A DNA stretch of 64,000 bases, taken from NCBI GenBank assembly GCA_029860075.1, contig JAOUBX010000007.1:35355-99354 (forward strand), in the 5' to 3' direction. The notes beneath the pieces were generated by a model, which had not been told where the DNA came from, did not search any database, and saw only the letters and a list, made by a program, of their open reading frames with translations. Below, piece by piece: positions 9,253 through 18,481 of this stretch. Made by a program: the position numbers and the translations under genes. The stretch comes from Deltaproteobacteria bacterium (GTDB lineage: Bacteria; Desulfobacterota; JADFVX01). How positions within the stretch are numbered: the first letter of the stretch is position 1; every line of letters starts with the position of its first letter.

Positions 9253-10416
9253 TCAGGGTAATATTTTGCCAATTGCCTGCCAGGGGATGACTTCAACGCC
9301 TGTACGAAGCTGGGTTTCTTTTCCTCCGTAAACAATTCTTGCCGGACCAGCTGTTTCACCCGCGAAAACAAGCCACTTGTCAATACCTTTAAAGTAGTCA
9401 CGAGTAATGGTTTGCCCGGATTTTATTTCAAGGGGCTCCAGCTTTTCACCTTTCTCCATAATCAGATCGATCTCGTTGCCCGTACTGTCCCGCCAGAAGC
9501 ACAAATTTGATGCAAGCCCCCGGTTGTATCTGCTTTTCAGCAATTGGGAAATAACAAACCCTTCGAAAAGTGCACCCCTCATGGAATGGATGGAAAACTG
9601 TTCTGCATTCTGAATGCCCAGCAAATAAGCTGCCAGGCCTGTGTCATGAAAGTAGAGTTTTGGCGATTTTACAAGCCGTTTACCGAAGTTTTTGTGGTGG
9701 GGCGTTAGAAGAAAGACGATATAGCTGGCTTCCAGGATTGATATCCAGGCCTTTGCCGTATTGTGTGTAATACCGCAATCATTGGCAAGTGACGAGAGAT
9801 TGAGAAGCTGTCCGTTTCTGGCGGCACACATTTTCAAAAAGCGCTGAAAAGTTGTCAGGTCTCTTACGTTAACCATTTGACGCACGTCACGTTCCAGGTA
9901 GGTAAGTATGTAATTTGCATGCCATGTTGGTGGTTTTACATCCCTGTCATAGAGCGGGGGATAAAGGCCGGAAAATAGAAGACTGTCGAGAGAGGTTGTC
10001 TTCCTGCCTGCTTCCTGGAGTTCACTCAAGGCAAAAGGGAGCAGGTGTACAAAGCCTGCGCGTCCGGCAAGGCTCTGAGTAATGCGGGAAAGAAGGCCGA
10101 ATTGTTGTGATCCTGTAAGTATGAAGAGTCCGCATCGCTTGTCTTTGTCGACAGTTCCCTGAATGTAGGAAAAAAGTTCCGGACAATTCTGTACCTCGTC
10201 GAGAACGGCGCCATCAGGATAGCTTGCAAGAAATCCCCGGGGATCAGTAGTGGCATATTCTCTTTGATCGAGTTCCTCCAGCGAAACATAGGGTTTGTCG
10301 CTGAAGAAATCCCGGACGAGCGTTGTTTTCCCCGATTGTCTGGGCCCTGTCACGGTCACAACGGGAAATCCCCGGGAAAGTGAGGCTAATGTATGGGCAG
10401 CCTGGCGCTTAATCAT
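9253..10416 (-). CDS. AAA-family ATPase with DUF4143-like C-terminal domain
   Basis: Walker A motif GPRQSGKTTL. The overall layout is typical of AAA_14 + DUF4143 proteins. The ATG at 10416 (MIKRQ) is preferred over 10494. Confidence 0.7.
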   Translation of the reverse strand: MIKRQAAHTLASLSRGFPVVTVTGPRQSGKTTLVRDFFSDKPYVSLEELDQREYATTDPRGFLASYPDGAVLDEVQNCPELFSYIQGTVDKDKRCGLFILTGSQQFGLLSRITQSLAGRAGFVHLLPFALSELQEAGRKTTSLDSLLFSGLYPPLYDRDVKPPTWHANYILTYLERDVRQMVNVRDLTTFQRFLKMCAARNGQLLNLSSLANDCGITHNTAKAWISILEASYIVFLLTPHHKNFGKRLVKSPKLYFHDTGLAAYLLGIQNAEQFSIHSMRGALFEGFVISQLLKSRYNRGLASNLCFWRDSTGNEIDLIMEKGEKLEPLEIKSGQTITRDYFKGIDKWLVFAGETAGPARIVYGGKETQLRTGVEVIPWQAIGKILP

Positions 10417-10505
10417 AATTTTGATTTTAGCACTTTTTTGCAAATTGTCAATGCAATTTACAATTTGCAAGAGCTTCTGATTGCAAATGTACACTGTCTG
10501 ATATT

Positions 10506-10616
10506 ATGGCTGAGCTTTACTTTAAGCAAAAAGTAGAACAGGGTTTAAAAGACATTGAAGAAGGCAAGGTTTTAAGCCATGAAGATAGTAAAAGCTTAAA
10601 TATTTTAAAATCATAA
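10506..10616 (+). CDS. 36-aa ORF resembling the C-terminal end of an antitoxin-type protein (possible remnant)
   Basis: MAELYFKQKVEQGLKDIEEGKVLSHEDSKSLNILKS. The DIEEGKVxSHE-type ending is common in small antitoxin/DNA-binding proteins. It is too short to be sure it is expressed. Confidence 0.2.
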   Translation: MAELYFKQKVEQGLKDIEEGKVLSHEDSKSLNILKS

Positions 10617-10620
10617 TAGT

Positions 10621-10822
10621 TCTGTGAAGATCAGTGTCGGAGAAACATCTTCAATGTTTTCAAACCTGTTGATCCTGTCAAAAGAAAAAAGATTTAAGGC
10701 TTGTTTTTAGACGGGATTAACGGGATTGACGGGATTGACGGGATTGACGGGATAAGGTCAAAGTCGTAGTGAGAATATTAGACACAGATTATTTATGACT
10801 GGCTTATGATTTTTACTGAAGG
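10621..10822. repeat. About 200-bp nested-palindromic (MITE-like) repeat, copy A, with 5 tandem 9-bp units (acgggattr)
   Basis: The left arm (cctgttgatcctgtcaaaag) is the reverse complement of the right-arm units (gacgggattgacggg). The outer arms are gatcagtgtc / gacacagatt. Long stretches are near-identical to copy B. Confidence 0.8.
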
Positions 10823-10903
10823 TATTACCTTGGTGTACTATAAGCTCTATCCCTTTTAATCATTCCTGTTGGCATCTCTCCCCATCTCTGGTATAAAAAG
10901 TGT

Positions 10904-11485
10904 ATGAAAAAGAAGGAAATCCTTGAACTGATAAAAAAGACTGCCTCTCCTTTGAAGAGGCAGCTGCTTATGGTTTCTCTAATTAGTGCTCTCCTTGAAA
11001 AGAGAGGAAAAGTTCCACCCATTCTTATCGGTGGTTGCGCACTTTCTTATTATTCAAGAGAGGTCTATTTTACTGCTGACATTGATCTCGCCTGTAGCGA
11101 CAGAGAAAGTCTCAATCAGGTCCTCATGGATTTGGGATTTCAAAAAGAAGGGCGCTACTGGTTTAATGATGATCTGGCTATTGCTGTTGAAGCGCCTGCC
11201 GGTATACTTGTCGATGAAGACGCTCCTCTGGAAGTAGTCGAGTTTGAAGAAGGTTTAAGTTGTCAAATACTGGGTATGGAAGATCTTCTTATTGACAGGA
11301 TGAATGCTTGCAAACACTGGAAATCGGAATCTGATTGTGAAATGGTTGAATTGCTTGTAACCCGCTATAAAGAGATTCTTGACTGGGATTACCTGAAAAA
11401 GAAGGCATCCAGACCGGAAAATGATATCTATGAAGAATTGTTGGAAATGAAAAGGAAAGTAAACGATGAAAATCAGGAAAACTAA
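10904..11485 (+). CDS. Putative minimal nucleotidyltransferase-fold protein
   Basis: The motif IGGCALSYYSREVYFTADIDLA resembles the GG..A....(x)n..D.D signature of MNT/AbiEii-like NTases. No other domain is recognisable. Confidence 0.4.
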   Translation: MKKKEILELIKKTASPLKRQLLMVSLISALLEKRGKVPPILIGGCALSYYSREVYFTADIDLACSDRESLNQVLMDLGFQKEGRYWFNDDLAIAVEAPAGILVDEDAPLEVVEFEEGLSCQILGMEDLLIDRMNACKHWKSESDCEMVELLVTRYKEILDWDYLKKKASRPENDIYEELLEMKRKVNDENQEN

Positions 11486-11681
11486 ATATGAAGAGGTTTC
11501 TCCACTTGAGTTTCTTGCATTACGGGAAAAACTCAATATAGGCAGATACAAAAAAGAACGAAGCCGTGATGACGCAAAAAAGAAGCTTCTTCGTGAACTT
11601 GCCTTAAAAAAAATGGATGAAATAGAAAAAGATGATTATATTCTTGTAGGCGAGAGGAAGAGGCGACTCAAGATAGATTGA
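11466..11681 (+). CDS. Small basic hypothetical protein overlapping the NTase-like gene by 20 nt
   Basis: 71 aa, Lys/Arg/Glu-rich. The overlapping start suggests translational coupling. No recognisable family. Confidence 0.35.
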   Translation: MKIRKTKYEEVSPLEFLALREKLNIGRYKKERSRDDAKKKLLRELALKKMDEIEKDDYILVGERKRRLKID

Positions 11682-11790
11682 GGATCTTTTTAGTAAGAAT
11701 CAGGGTAAATATTAATTGAAATCAGACACAGATTAACACTGATTTCTTTATGATTTGTACTGAAGATAAGAAGGTTTTAATCATATATTA

Positions 11791-11980
11791 TCTGTAAAAA
11801 TCAGTGTCCGGAAAATATTTTAGAATTTGAAATCCGGTAAATCCTGTTGATCCCGTCAAAAGAAAAAGATTTAAAAGCTTGTTTTTAGACGGGATTGACG
11901 GGATTGACGGGATAATGTCAAAGTCGTAGTGAGAATATTAAACACAGATTATTTATGATTGGTTTATGATTTTTACTGAA
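11791..11980. repeat. MITE-like repeat, copy B (3 tandem 9-bp units)
   Basis: Aligns by eye with copy A over most of its length (caaaagaaaaagatttaa..gcttgtttttagacgggattgacggg...gtcaaagtcgtagtgagaatatta.acacagattatttatga). A partial right end also occurs at 11724-11765. Confidence 0.8.
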
Positions 11981-12013
11981 AAATGGTAGGTTTTTATCTT
12001 TAAAATCAGACTT

Positions 12014-12140
12014 TATCAGTGAAGATCAGTGTCCAGAAAAATGTTTTAGGTCTTGAAATCCAGTGAATCCTGTAAATCCCGTCAAAAGAAAAAAAGGTTT
12101 AAAGCTTGTTTTACACGGGACAGGCGGGATAGCCGGGGTA
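12014..12140. repeat. MITE-like repeat, copy C (degenerate right arm)
   Basis: atcagtgaagatcagtgtcc...gaatcctgtaaatcccgtcaaaagaaaaaaaggtttaaagcttgtttt, followed by diverged gggacaggcggga units. Confidence 0.65.
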
Positions 12141-12788
12141 AAATCAGTATCAAAAAAAGATTTCCCTCCAGACTCTCCTCGGAGTCCTCTGCGCTAAATA
12201 AACTCCCACAGCTTCTATCCCTTCTTCCGTTCCCAAACTCTTGCAAAACAAATCCCCTTTGTTTTGAACAATATTGCTCTGTCTGACTATGAAAAAACTG
12301 AGCGTTCAAAAAAAGATATAGTTTGTATTTTATAATAATATCAGTGTGTTGCGGCTTGTAGCGTTACAATAGTGCTGTATGTGGCGCATTTATTTTATTG
12401 ACAGATAATGAGAAAATATGTACTTCTATCATCGTTTATTTTTTCCTGTATTTTTTATATTCTTGGAAGTTTAAGGCCATTTTAATGGAAAATATAGGAA
12501 TACGACGAAATACAGAACTTTCCGGCCAGATATACCTCACTTGATCAAAAAAGATTGATAGCGTTTTGCGGGATCAACGGCATGGAACAACAAATAGGGG
12601 AATATCGATAATGGTTAAGTTATTAAAAAATGGGAAAGTTGTCGGGACGGCAGTTGGTCGGAAAGTATTGCCGCAGTAAGCAATGCGCTTAAAAAACAGT
12701 GCAGGCCCAGTTGGGTGTTTTGGCATGATGTGTGCCGGGCAAGTATGAATTTTTCATAATGAATATTAAAAAATGGGAGGGAAAACGT

Positions 12789-15700
12789 ATGAATCGTATC
12801 TGGAGCAAAGTTATTGTATATAGCTCCTTTCTTATGCTATTTAGCTCACAAGCGCAGGCATTTAAGGTTGATACCCATGTTTGGGTAGGGCAACAGGTCA
12901 TCAATGACCTGGAAGATGACGGGAAGCTAACATTTAAATTTTTAAATCAATCATCAGTTGAAATAGCCGTAAACAGCGATATTACCAATGCTATTTTAAG
13001 TAACAAGTCTGACTTTTTGATGGGGAATATCGGTCCTGACGCTGTTCCTGATGTGGTAGCCGGTCAGATAGCCGTTCATCCCGGCGATACGGATTGGAAA
13101 ACTAACGGTTGGCTAAATTATTTATTAGGCCGTACTTCCTATAGTGATGATGCCAAGGCCTTTGTTTACGGCTATCTCGGGCATGCCGCAGCCGATGTTT
13201 TTTCTCATACTTACGTCAACCAGTATGCAGGGGGCACTTTCCTTCTGACTGATGGAGAAATCCTGGTTGAAGAAAGGCATTTTATCCTGGAGGGCTTTAT
13301 CAGCAAGCATCTTCCCCCTCTGAAAGACCACACAGGGGCAGATTTAGGTTCGCCATGGAGCCAGATAACACTTGATGACAACTTCGCCACCTTTGCCAGA
13401 GATGCCCTGATCTTTAATGACGAGGTTCAAGGTCAATACTGGCAGAATTCCACCGCCCCTCATCTAGCCGCTTACTACGATTACAGAAAGGCTATCCATG
13501 ATCTCGCTGAAGATCCTATCTGGCATGAAATCGATATGCTGGCCGTGATGATTGTAGGTTATTTCTTCGATATCTCTATTTCTCCTGATGAAGCTGACAA
13601 GATTGTTAATGAGGCCCAGCCGATTATCGACACCTTTAATGGGACCATTCCTGATAATCTTCAGCAACTGGATCAGGCTTTATTTGATTTGTCCATGAAG
13701 TATGAGGGTAAGGGATTTGCGGCACTTGAACATGCCAATGCCGAGTTGGCCAGATTGGAAAATGATCTTCTGGCAAAAAAACAGGAATTGGATAATAAAT
13801 TAGTAGAGCTTGCTCTTTTAACTATACCTGAATGTTGCGCTGAGGTTTGTGGTCCGTTTGGCATAGCGTGCGTAGATGTTTGTGAGCCAACTTGCATGGT
13901 TTTGCGAGGCCAAATAATTAATCAAATAAATGCACTAAATGATTTTATACACACTCTTGAAAATCAATTATTAGGTATAGAAGACGATTATCATGATGCT
14001 GTCAGAGCTGTCAGAGATAATGCTATTATTGCCGCCACTGCTGGTCTGAACATAAAAAATGCCATTATAGATCTCTTGCAGATCCCCTATGCCGATGCAT
14101 CACCCATTCAAGCAACTTTAAGGTACTGGCGGGATGATGTTGACAAGGCCATGCTTGAATACGTTAAAGCGACGGGACAGACCATGCTTAATACAATGGA
14201 TCCCAATGCAAGCGCCCTTGAACCGATCACCAATTGGTTCGATTGTTATCACAAGGGGATTATCGGTATACCCACCGCCATCTCCGGCTGTGAGTTCAAG
14301 GATTCAGTAGCAGAACTTAAAAATGCACTTGTCAATATAATTTCCATCATTGAAGAGTACTCAACTATGAAAAACGTACTTGGCACTCCCGGTTATACGG
14401 AACTAAAGAATCTCGAGCAACAAGTTGTAGATCTGTTTGTGGATGAGCTAAAAGAAGAAGCCGGTGAGCAGCTTTTAAGTATGCTACCCGAAGAGGTAGA
14501 GGACATTATTGAACTGATTGATGCAGACCCAAATGATGCGACCTTAAACCTGTATTTCACCAAGCCGGAATCTGGGTCTTACAAAGGACTTGTCATGATT
14601 CCTGATATGGCTGAGAGGGTAAAAGCTGAAATGTACTTGAAAGATGGAAAGTTTGATCCTGAAAGGTATGCCGTTGCCTATAATGCCATTGTGCTTGCCA
14701 AGCTTGCTCTGCTAGACAAGACTCAGTTAAACGAGTTGGCCACTCAGGCAGGGGTCGATTTGGATGAGTTCGGTGGAAACCTGTTTGATGAGGTAGACAA
14801 CGCCGTTGCTGTTGCGTTTGAAAACATCGATGCTGATCATCAATGGATGGAAGATCCACCGCCAGTACCGAATACACTGGGACTGCCCTTTGAAACAGCA
14901 ACTTCATTTGTCTCAGAAACCGGATTTTTGCTCTGGAAAGACAAGGAGAGAGCAAGAGACAAAATGTTCCGTTCTCTTTTCATCGGCCCTCTGTCTCCAG
15001 GTATTGATGCACCCAATGAAATAGGAAAGGCCCCTGTTATCAGCAGCGATTATCCCTATAAGCCTTGTTTTGCCCATCCTTATCCCGATGATATTTATGA
15101 TACGACTTGTACTGACATGATGAGTTTTCCTGTTGTCGTCGTTACGGATGGTGTGGGCCAGGTAACAAGTGCTGATGGCATGATAAGCTGCGGGAGCGAT
15201 TGTGAGGAATCTTATACTGTTAACACAGTTGTTACCCTGACGGCTACACCTGGAGTTCACTACGATTTTACTGGGTGGGAAGGTGGTGGTTGCGCTGGTG
15301 TTACACCATGTACTGTAACCATTGATAAATATCAGCTTGTAAGAGCGAACTTTACCAAAAAGATTTATAATTTAATGATCTCGAAAACAGGATCCGGTAC
15401 CGGTACTATTTCAAGTGCATCTATCGGGATAAATTGTGGGGAGAATTGTTCCTATGGCTATGAAGCGGAAAACTCGGTAACTCTTACGGCTAAACCAGAC
15501 ATTTGTTGTGAGTTTAGAGGTTGGAATGTTGCTGGCTGCGGCGGACTTGATTGCAGCATCTCAATGAATTCTCCTTTGACAGTATCGGCTGAATTTCAAC
15601 CTGCAACAGATCTGGTTCGCATCAAAGAGACTCTAATGCCTTTCAACTCGATTCAGGCAGCCTATGAATACGCTCATAATGCTGGAATGACTACTGTTAC

Positions 15701-15878
15701 GATTCAGAGTAAAGCTGTTGAGTTTGCTGAGACTGTTGATCTGCGCTGGCCCATTTCAGTGACATTGGAGGGTGGATATAACTGGAATTATACGGTTGCA
15801 GATAATGTAACTATATTGAACGGTGATATAAACGTTAGTAATGGCAGCGCAAATATCGCGAGCTTTGTTCTGCAATAA
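12789..15878 (+). CDS. Large secreted protein: Zn-dependent phospholipase C-like N-terminal domain plus C-terminal divergent InlB B-repeat-like domains
   Basis: The ATG at 12789 follows GGGAGGG. Signal peptide MNRIWSKVIVYSSFLMLFSSQAQA|F. PLC/P1-nuclease-like His/Asp motifs are present (DTHVWVG, GNIGPDAVPD, GYLGHAAADVFSHTYVN). There are two C-terminal repeats of the form G.ISCG..C...Y....VTLTA.P....F.GW.G..C.G...C.V. Confidence 0.6.
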   Translation: MNRIWSKVIVYSSFLMLFSSQAQAFKVDTHVWVGQQVINDLEDDGKLTFKFLNQSSVEIAVNSDITNAILSNKSDFLMGNIGPDAVPDVVAGQIAVHPGDTDWKTNGWLNYLLGRTSYSDDAKAFVYGYLGHAAADVFSHTYVNQYAGGTFLLTDGEILVEERHFILEGFISKHLPPLKDHTGADLGSPWSQITLDDNFATFARDALIFNDEVQGQYWQNSTAPHLAAYYDYRKAIHDLAEDPIWHEIDMLAVMIVGYFFDISISPDEADKIVNEAQPIIDTFNGTIPDNLQQLDQALFDLSMKYEGKGFAALEHANAELARLENDLLAKKQELDNKLVELALLTIPECCAEVCGPFGIACVDVCEPTCMVLRGQIINQINALNDFIHTLENQLLGIEDDYHDAVRAVRDNAIIAATAGLNIKNAIIDLLQIPYADASPIQATLRYWRDDVDKAMLEYVKATGQTMLNTMDPNASALEPITNWFDCYHKGIIGIPTAISGCEFKDSVAELKNALVNIISIIEEYSTMKNVLGTPGYTELKNLEQQVVDLFVDELKEEAGEQLLSMLPEEVEDIIELIDADPNDATLNLYFTKPESGSYKGLVMIPDMAERVKAEMYLKDGKFDPERYAVAYNAIVLAKLALLDKTQLNELATQAGVDLDEFGGNLFDEVDNAVAVAFENIDADHQWMEDPPPVPNTLGLPFETATSFVSETGFLLWKDKERARDKMFRSLFIGPLSPGIDAPNEIGKAPVISSDYPYKPCFAHPYPDDIYDTTCTDMMSFPVVVVTDGVGQVTSADGMISCGSDCEESYTVNTVVTLTATPGVHYDFTGWEGGGCAGVTPCTVTIDKYQLVRANFTKKIYNLMISKTGSGTGTISSASIGINCGENCSYGYEAENSVTLTAKPDICCEFRGWNVAGCGGLDCSISMNSPLTVSAEFQPATDLVRIKETLMPFNSIQAAYEYAHNAGMTTVTIQSKAVEFAETVDLRWPISVTLEGGYNWNYTVADNVTILNGDINVSNGSANIASFVLQ

Positions 15879-15909
15879 AAAAAATATCTAAAGGAAAAGA
15901 GAGGTAAAA

Positions 15910-16542
15910 ATGAAAAAAACAATATTGGGTTTATTCGGTTGTATATTGTTAATTGGTGTCTCGGTTTATGCCGCTGGTGATCTTTTTTTAACGGGGAACC
16001 TGATTGTTGAAAATGGTAATATTGGTGTAGGAACAACCACTCCACAAGCCAGGTTGGATGTTAAAGGCACTATTTCCGGTTTTGGTGTTGTACCTATAGG
16101 ATCAGTCACCGCCTGGCATAAATCCTTTGAAAATACACCGGTGCTGCCCGATGGCTGGGTGGAATGTAATGGACAGGTACTTGATGATGCAGCTTCGCCT
16201 TATAACGGTCAAACAATTCCCAATCTGAATCTAACCAACCAGAGTGACTCGCTCAATGGATATACCAATGGTGCTTTTTTAAGGGGGGGGGAAACTTCCG
16301 GTACAGTTCAGACTGCTACTTCCCATGTAAATGTTTTCGGGCATCCATCAGGTTCATACAGAATGACTTATACTCCCAAAGTTGAGACACCTTTCGGCCC
16401 TCCAGGAAATGACAAAACGCTAACAACAGGTTGGATTGATGCCAATTGGCAGGGTACAAGTTGGGGAACTGGTGATTTGGTTACTACTTATGCATCCCGA
16501 CCGGTTAATATGTCGGTTGTATGGATAATGCGAGTGAAATGA
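15910..16542 (+). CDS. Secreted phage-tail-collar-domain-like protein
   Basis: A signal peptide is followed by the tail-fibre-type motif GNIGVGTTTPQARLDVKG. A collar-like core is present (PDGWVECNGQVL...Y.GQTIPNLN...FLRGG). The gene contains a G9 tract at 16283-16291. Confidence 0.55.
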   Translation: MKKTILGLFGCILLIGVSVYAAGDLFLTGNLIVENGNIGVGTTTPQARLDVKGTISGFGVVPIGSVTAWHKSFENTPVLPDGWVECNGQVLDDAASPYNGQTIPNLNLTNQSDSLNGYTNGAFLRGGETSGTVQTATSHVNVFGHPSGSYRMTYTPKVETPFGPPGNDKTLTTGWIDANWQGTSWGTGDLVTTYASRPVNMSVVWIMRVK

Positions 16543-16590
16543 TTAACTGTTTTCATGAAAATCTTTGGTTTTAGCAGAAAGAGGTAAAAA

Positions 16591-17049
16591 GTGAAAAAAT
16601 ATATAAAAATAAAAACTGGTATTTTAGGTATTGTATTGTTGCTCATTGGTACCGGATTGTATGCAGCTGATCTGACAGTAACCGGTGCTGTAAAAACGCC
16701 TACAATTTGTGATGAAAATGGGAATAACTGTAAAGCAGTATCGAGTATTACCTCACAATTGTTTGGTAATAGAATAGAGAAAACACTTGGAACATACTTG
16801 GCTGAGACTGACGGTTTTTTGCATGGATACGTTATAAGTATGGGAACGATAGCTAATAATCTTCTTATATACACCGATTCAAATCCTGATCCGACTAGTT
16901 TAATAATTAGAGCAGGTAAGGAAACCACATCAATTCCTATTTGGAACTATGTGCCCTTTATGGTGCCGATTAAAAAAGGAGATTATTATAAAATAGTCTC
17001 TGAAAACTCAGTTGTTGCAAGTATTTATTGGATGCCTATAGGAAATTAA
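16591..17049 (+). CDS. Small secreted hypothetical protein
   Basis: It has a signal peptide. The N-terminal DLTVTGAVKTPTICDENGNNCKAV resembles the leader region of the neighbouring protein family. A good terminator follows. Confidence 0.5.
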   Translation: MKKYIKIKTGILGIVLLLIGTGLYAADLTVTGAVKTPTICDENGNNCKAVSSITSQLFGNRIEKTLGTYLAETDGFLHGYVISMGTIANNLLIYTDSNPDPTSLIIRAGKETTSIPIWNYVPFMVPIKKGDYYKIVSENSVVASIYWMPIGN

Positions 17050-17073
17050 TTGGGTTTGTCAAGTAATCGTTAA

Positions 17074-17099
17074 AAGGGTGAGCAGTGCTCATCCTTTTT
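17074..17099 (+). terminator. Rho-independent terminator
   Basis: 10-bp stem aagggtgagc/gctcatcctt (one G-U pair), 3-nt loop, then a T run. Confidence 0.7.
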
Positions 17100-17100
17100 A

Positions 17101-17220
17101 TTTGAATTAAAATCCGGTTGATCCAGTCAAAAGAAAAAGATTTATTCTTAGACGGGATTAACAGGATTGACAGGATAAGAGCAAAAGAAATAATCGGACA
17201 CAGATTTATTATGATTATTT
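17101..17220. repeat. MITE-like repeat, copy D
   Basis: aatccggttgatccagtcaaaagaaaaagattt...ttagacgggattaacaggattgacaggataag...ggacacagatttattatga. Confidence 0.7.
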
Positions 17221-17259
17221 AAAAAAGACAAGTTCTTACATATTTACAATCATATTTTG

Positions 17260-17386
17260 ATCAGTGAATATCAGTGTCGGAAAAAAGTTTTAAGGGTTTT
17301 AAAAATCCGGTAGATCCTGTAAATCCTGTCAAAAGAAAAAAATTAAAAGACTGTTTTTAGATGGGATCAACGGGATTTACAGGATA
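17260..17386. repeat. MITE-like repeat, copy E
   Basis: gatcagtgaatatcagtgtcgg...ccggtagatcctgtaaatcctgtcaaaagaaaaaaatt...ttagatgggatcaacgggatttacaggata. Confidence 0.7.
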
Positions 17387-17527
17387 AAAAAGCTAAATTT
17401 CTTTCTTCGTGAAACCTTCGTGCCCTTGGTGGATAAAGATTGATGCAGAACTTGACTTAATTCCTTCTGGATTCCCGATCTGGCCGGGAATGACAGATTA
17501 TAAACAATCAGTGTCTAATTATTTTTT

Positions 17528-18481
17528 TTACTCTTTCCCCAACTCCTCCATCACTGCCGAAAAGAGCAGCGGCAACATAATCTCATGATGCCCCGTGAGA
17601 GCATAACCCTTTCCACCGTCCTGTGTGGGGCGCTTTACCACATTGGTGAGGGGCCGGTAGTGCTGCATAAAGTCCATGTTAACGGTAGAGAAGTTTTTCA
17701 CCTCGTGCCCCAGGTTTCTGACCAGTGTAAGGGCCTTTAAAAAGACTTCCGGCAGGAGGACGGCTGAGCCTACGTTAAGATAAATGCCGCCGTCGAGCCT
17801 GGAAATGACTGACGAAAAAAGCCTGAAATCGGTGTAGCTCCCTTGGCCTATCGCTGCGCCGTCGGCATGGGGGTGCATGTGGATGATATCTGTTCCTACG
17901 GCCACGTGGATGGTGACAGGCACGTTCAGTCGTGCTCCGGCGGCAAGGATACTCTTGCCGGCATGAGGGAGCTTTTCCCTGTTGATCATCTCGCCCACGC
18001 TTTGGCCGATGCCGATGCCCTTCTTTACACCTTCCTTGATGGCAACATTCAGCATTCTGCCTGTCTCCTCGGCCATGCCGAAAGTGCCGCCGTCTATTTC
18101 AGCGGCTACGTCTTCAGAAGTTTGTCCCGTATAGGCCAGTTCGAAGTCGTGGACAATGCCGGCGCCGTTCATGGCAATGGAATTGATAATGCCTTTCTCC
18201 ATGAAATCAATAATCATTGGACCGAGGCCAACCTTGATGACATGGGCGCCCATAGCGAGGGCAATCACTTTTTCTTCCCTGTGGGCCCAGGCCGTTTTTG
18301 CGGCAATTTCCTTCAGGTCTCCTGCTGCAAGAATTTGAGGTAATCCTTCCAGGAAAGCGGCAAAGGAATTTCCACTTTTTACAGGATGGCCCAGGTCGTC
18401 AACGGATACCTTGCTTTTTCTCCCTTTTATGGAATAGGTTTTTACCTTATCCAGTTCAATTGGCTTAAAATCTTTCATCAT
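17528..18481 (-). CDS. Deoxyhypusine-synthase-like family protein (bacterial homologue, function unknown)
   Basis: The core GAHVIKVGLGPMIIDFMEKGIINSIAMNGAGIVHDFE and the C-terminal HHEIMLPLLFSAV resemble the DHS-family layout. This is based on recalled motifs only. Confidence 0.4.
   Translation of the reverse strand: MMKDFKPIELDKVKTYSIKGRKSKVSVDDLGHPVKSGNSFAAFLEGLPQILAAGDLKEIAAKTAWAHREEKVIALAMGAHVIKVGLGPMIIDFMEKGIINSIAMNGAGIVHDFELAYTGQTSEDVAAEIDGGTFGMAEETGRMLNVAIKEGVKKGIGIGQSVGEMINREKLPHAGKSILAAGARLNVPVTIHVAVGTDIIHMHPHADGAAIGQGSYTDFRLFSSVISRLDGGIYLNVGSAVLLPEVFLKALTLVRNLGHEVKNFSTVNMDFMQHYRPLTNVVKRPTQDGGKGYALTGHHEIMLPLLFSAVMEELGKE

Noticed and set aside
10711-10755. Tandem 9-bp repeats considered as a possible CRISPR or VNTR array.
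   Set aside because: The units are only 9 bp and have no spacers. They are part of a larger palindromic repeat present in several copies. No cas genes are present, so this is not a CRISPR array.
12053-12309. ORFs of 75-77 aa on both strands in the 12.0-12.3 kb spacer.
   Set aside because: They fall inside repeat copy C and flanking low-complexity DNA. They have no SD, and their peptides (e.g. NPVNPVKRKK-type) are translation artefacts of the periodic repeats.
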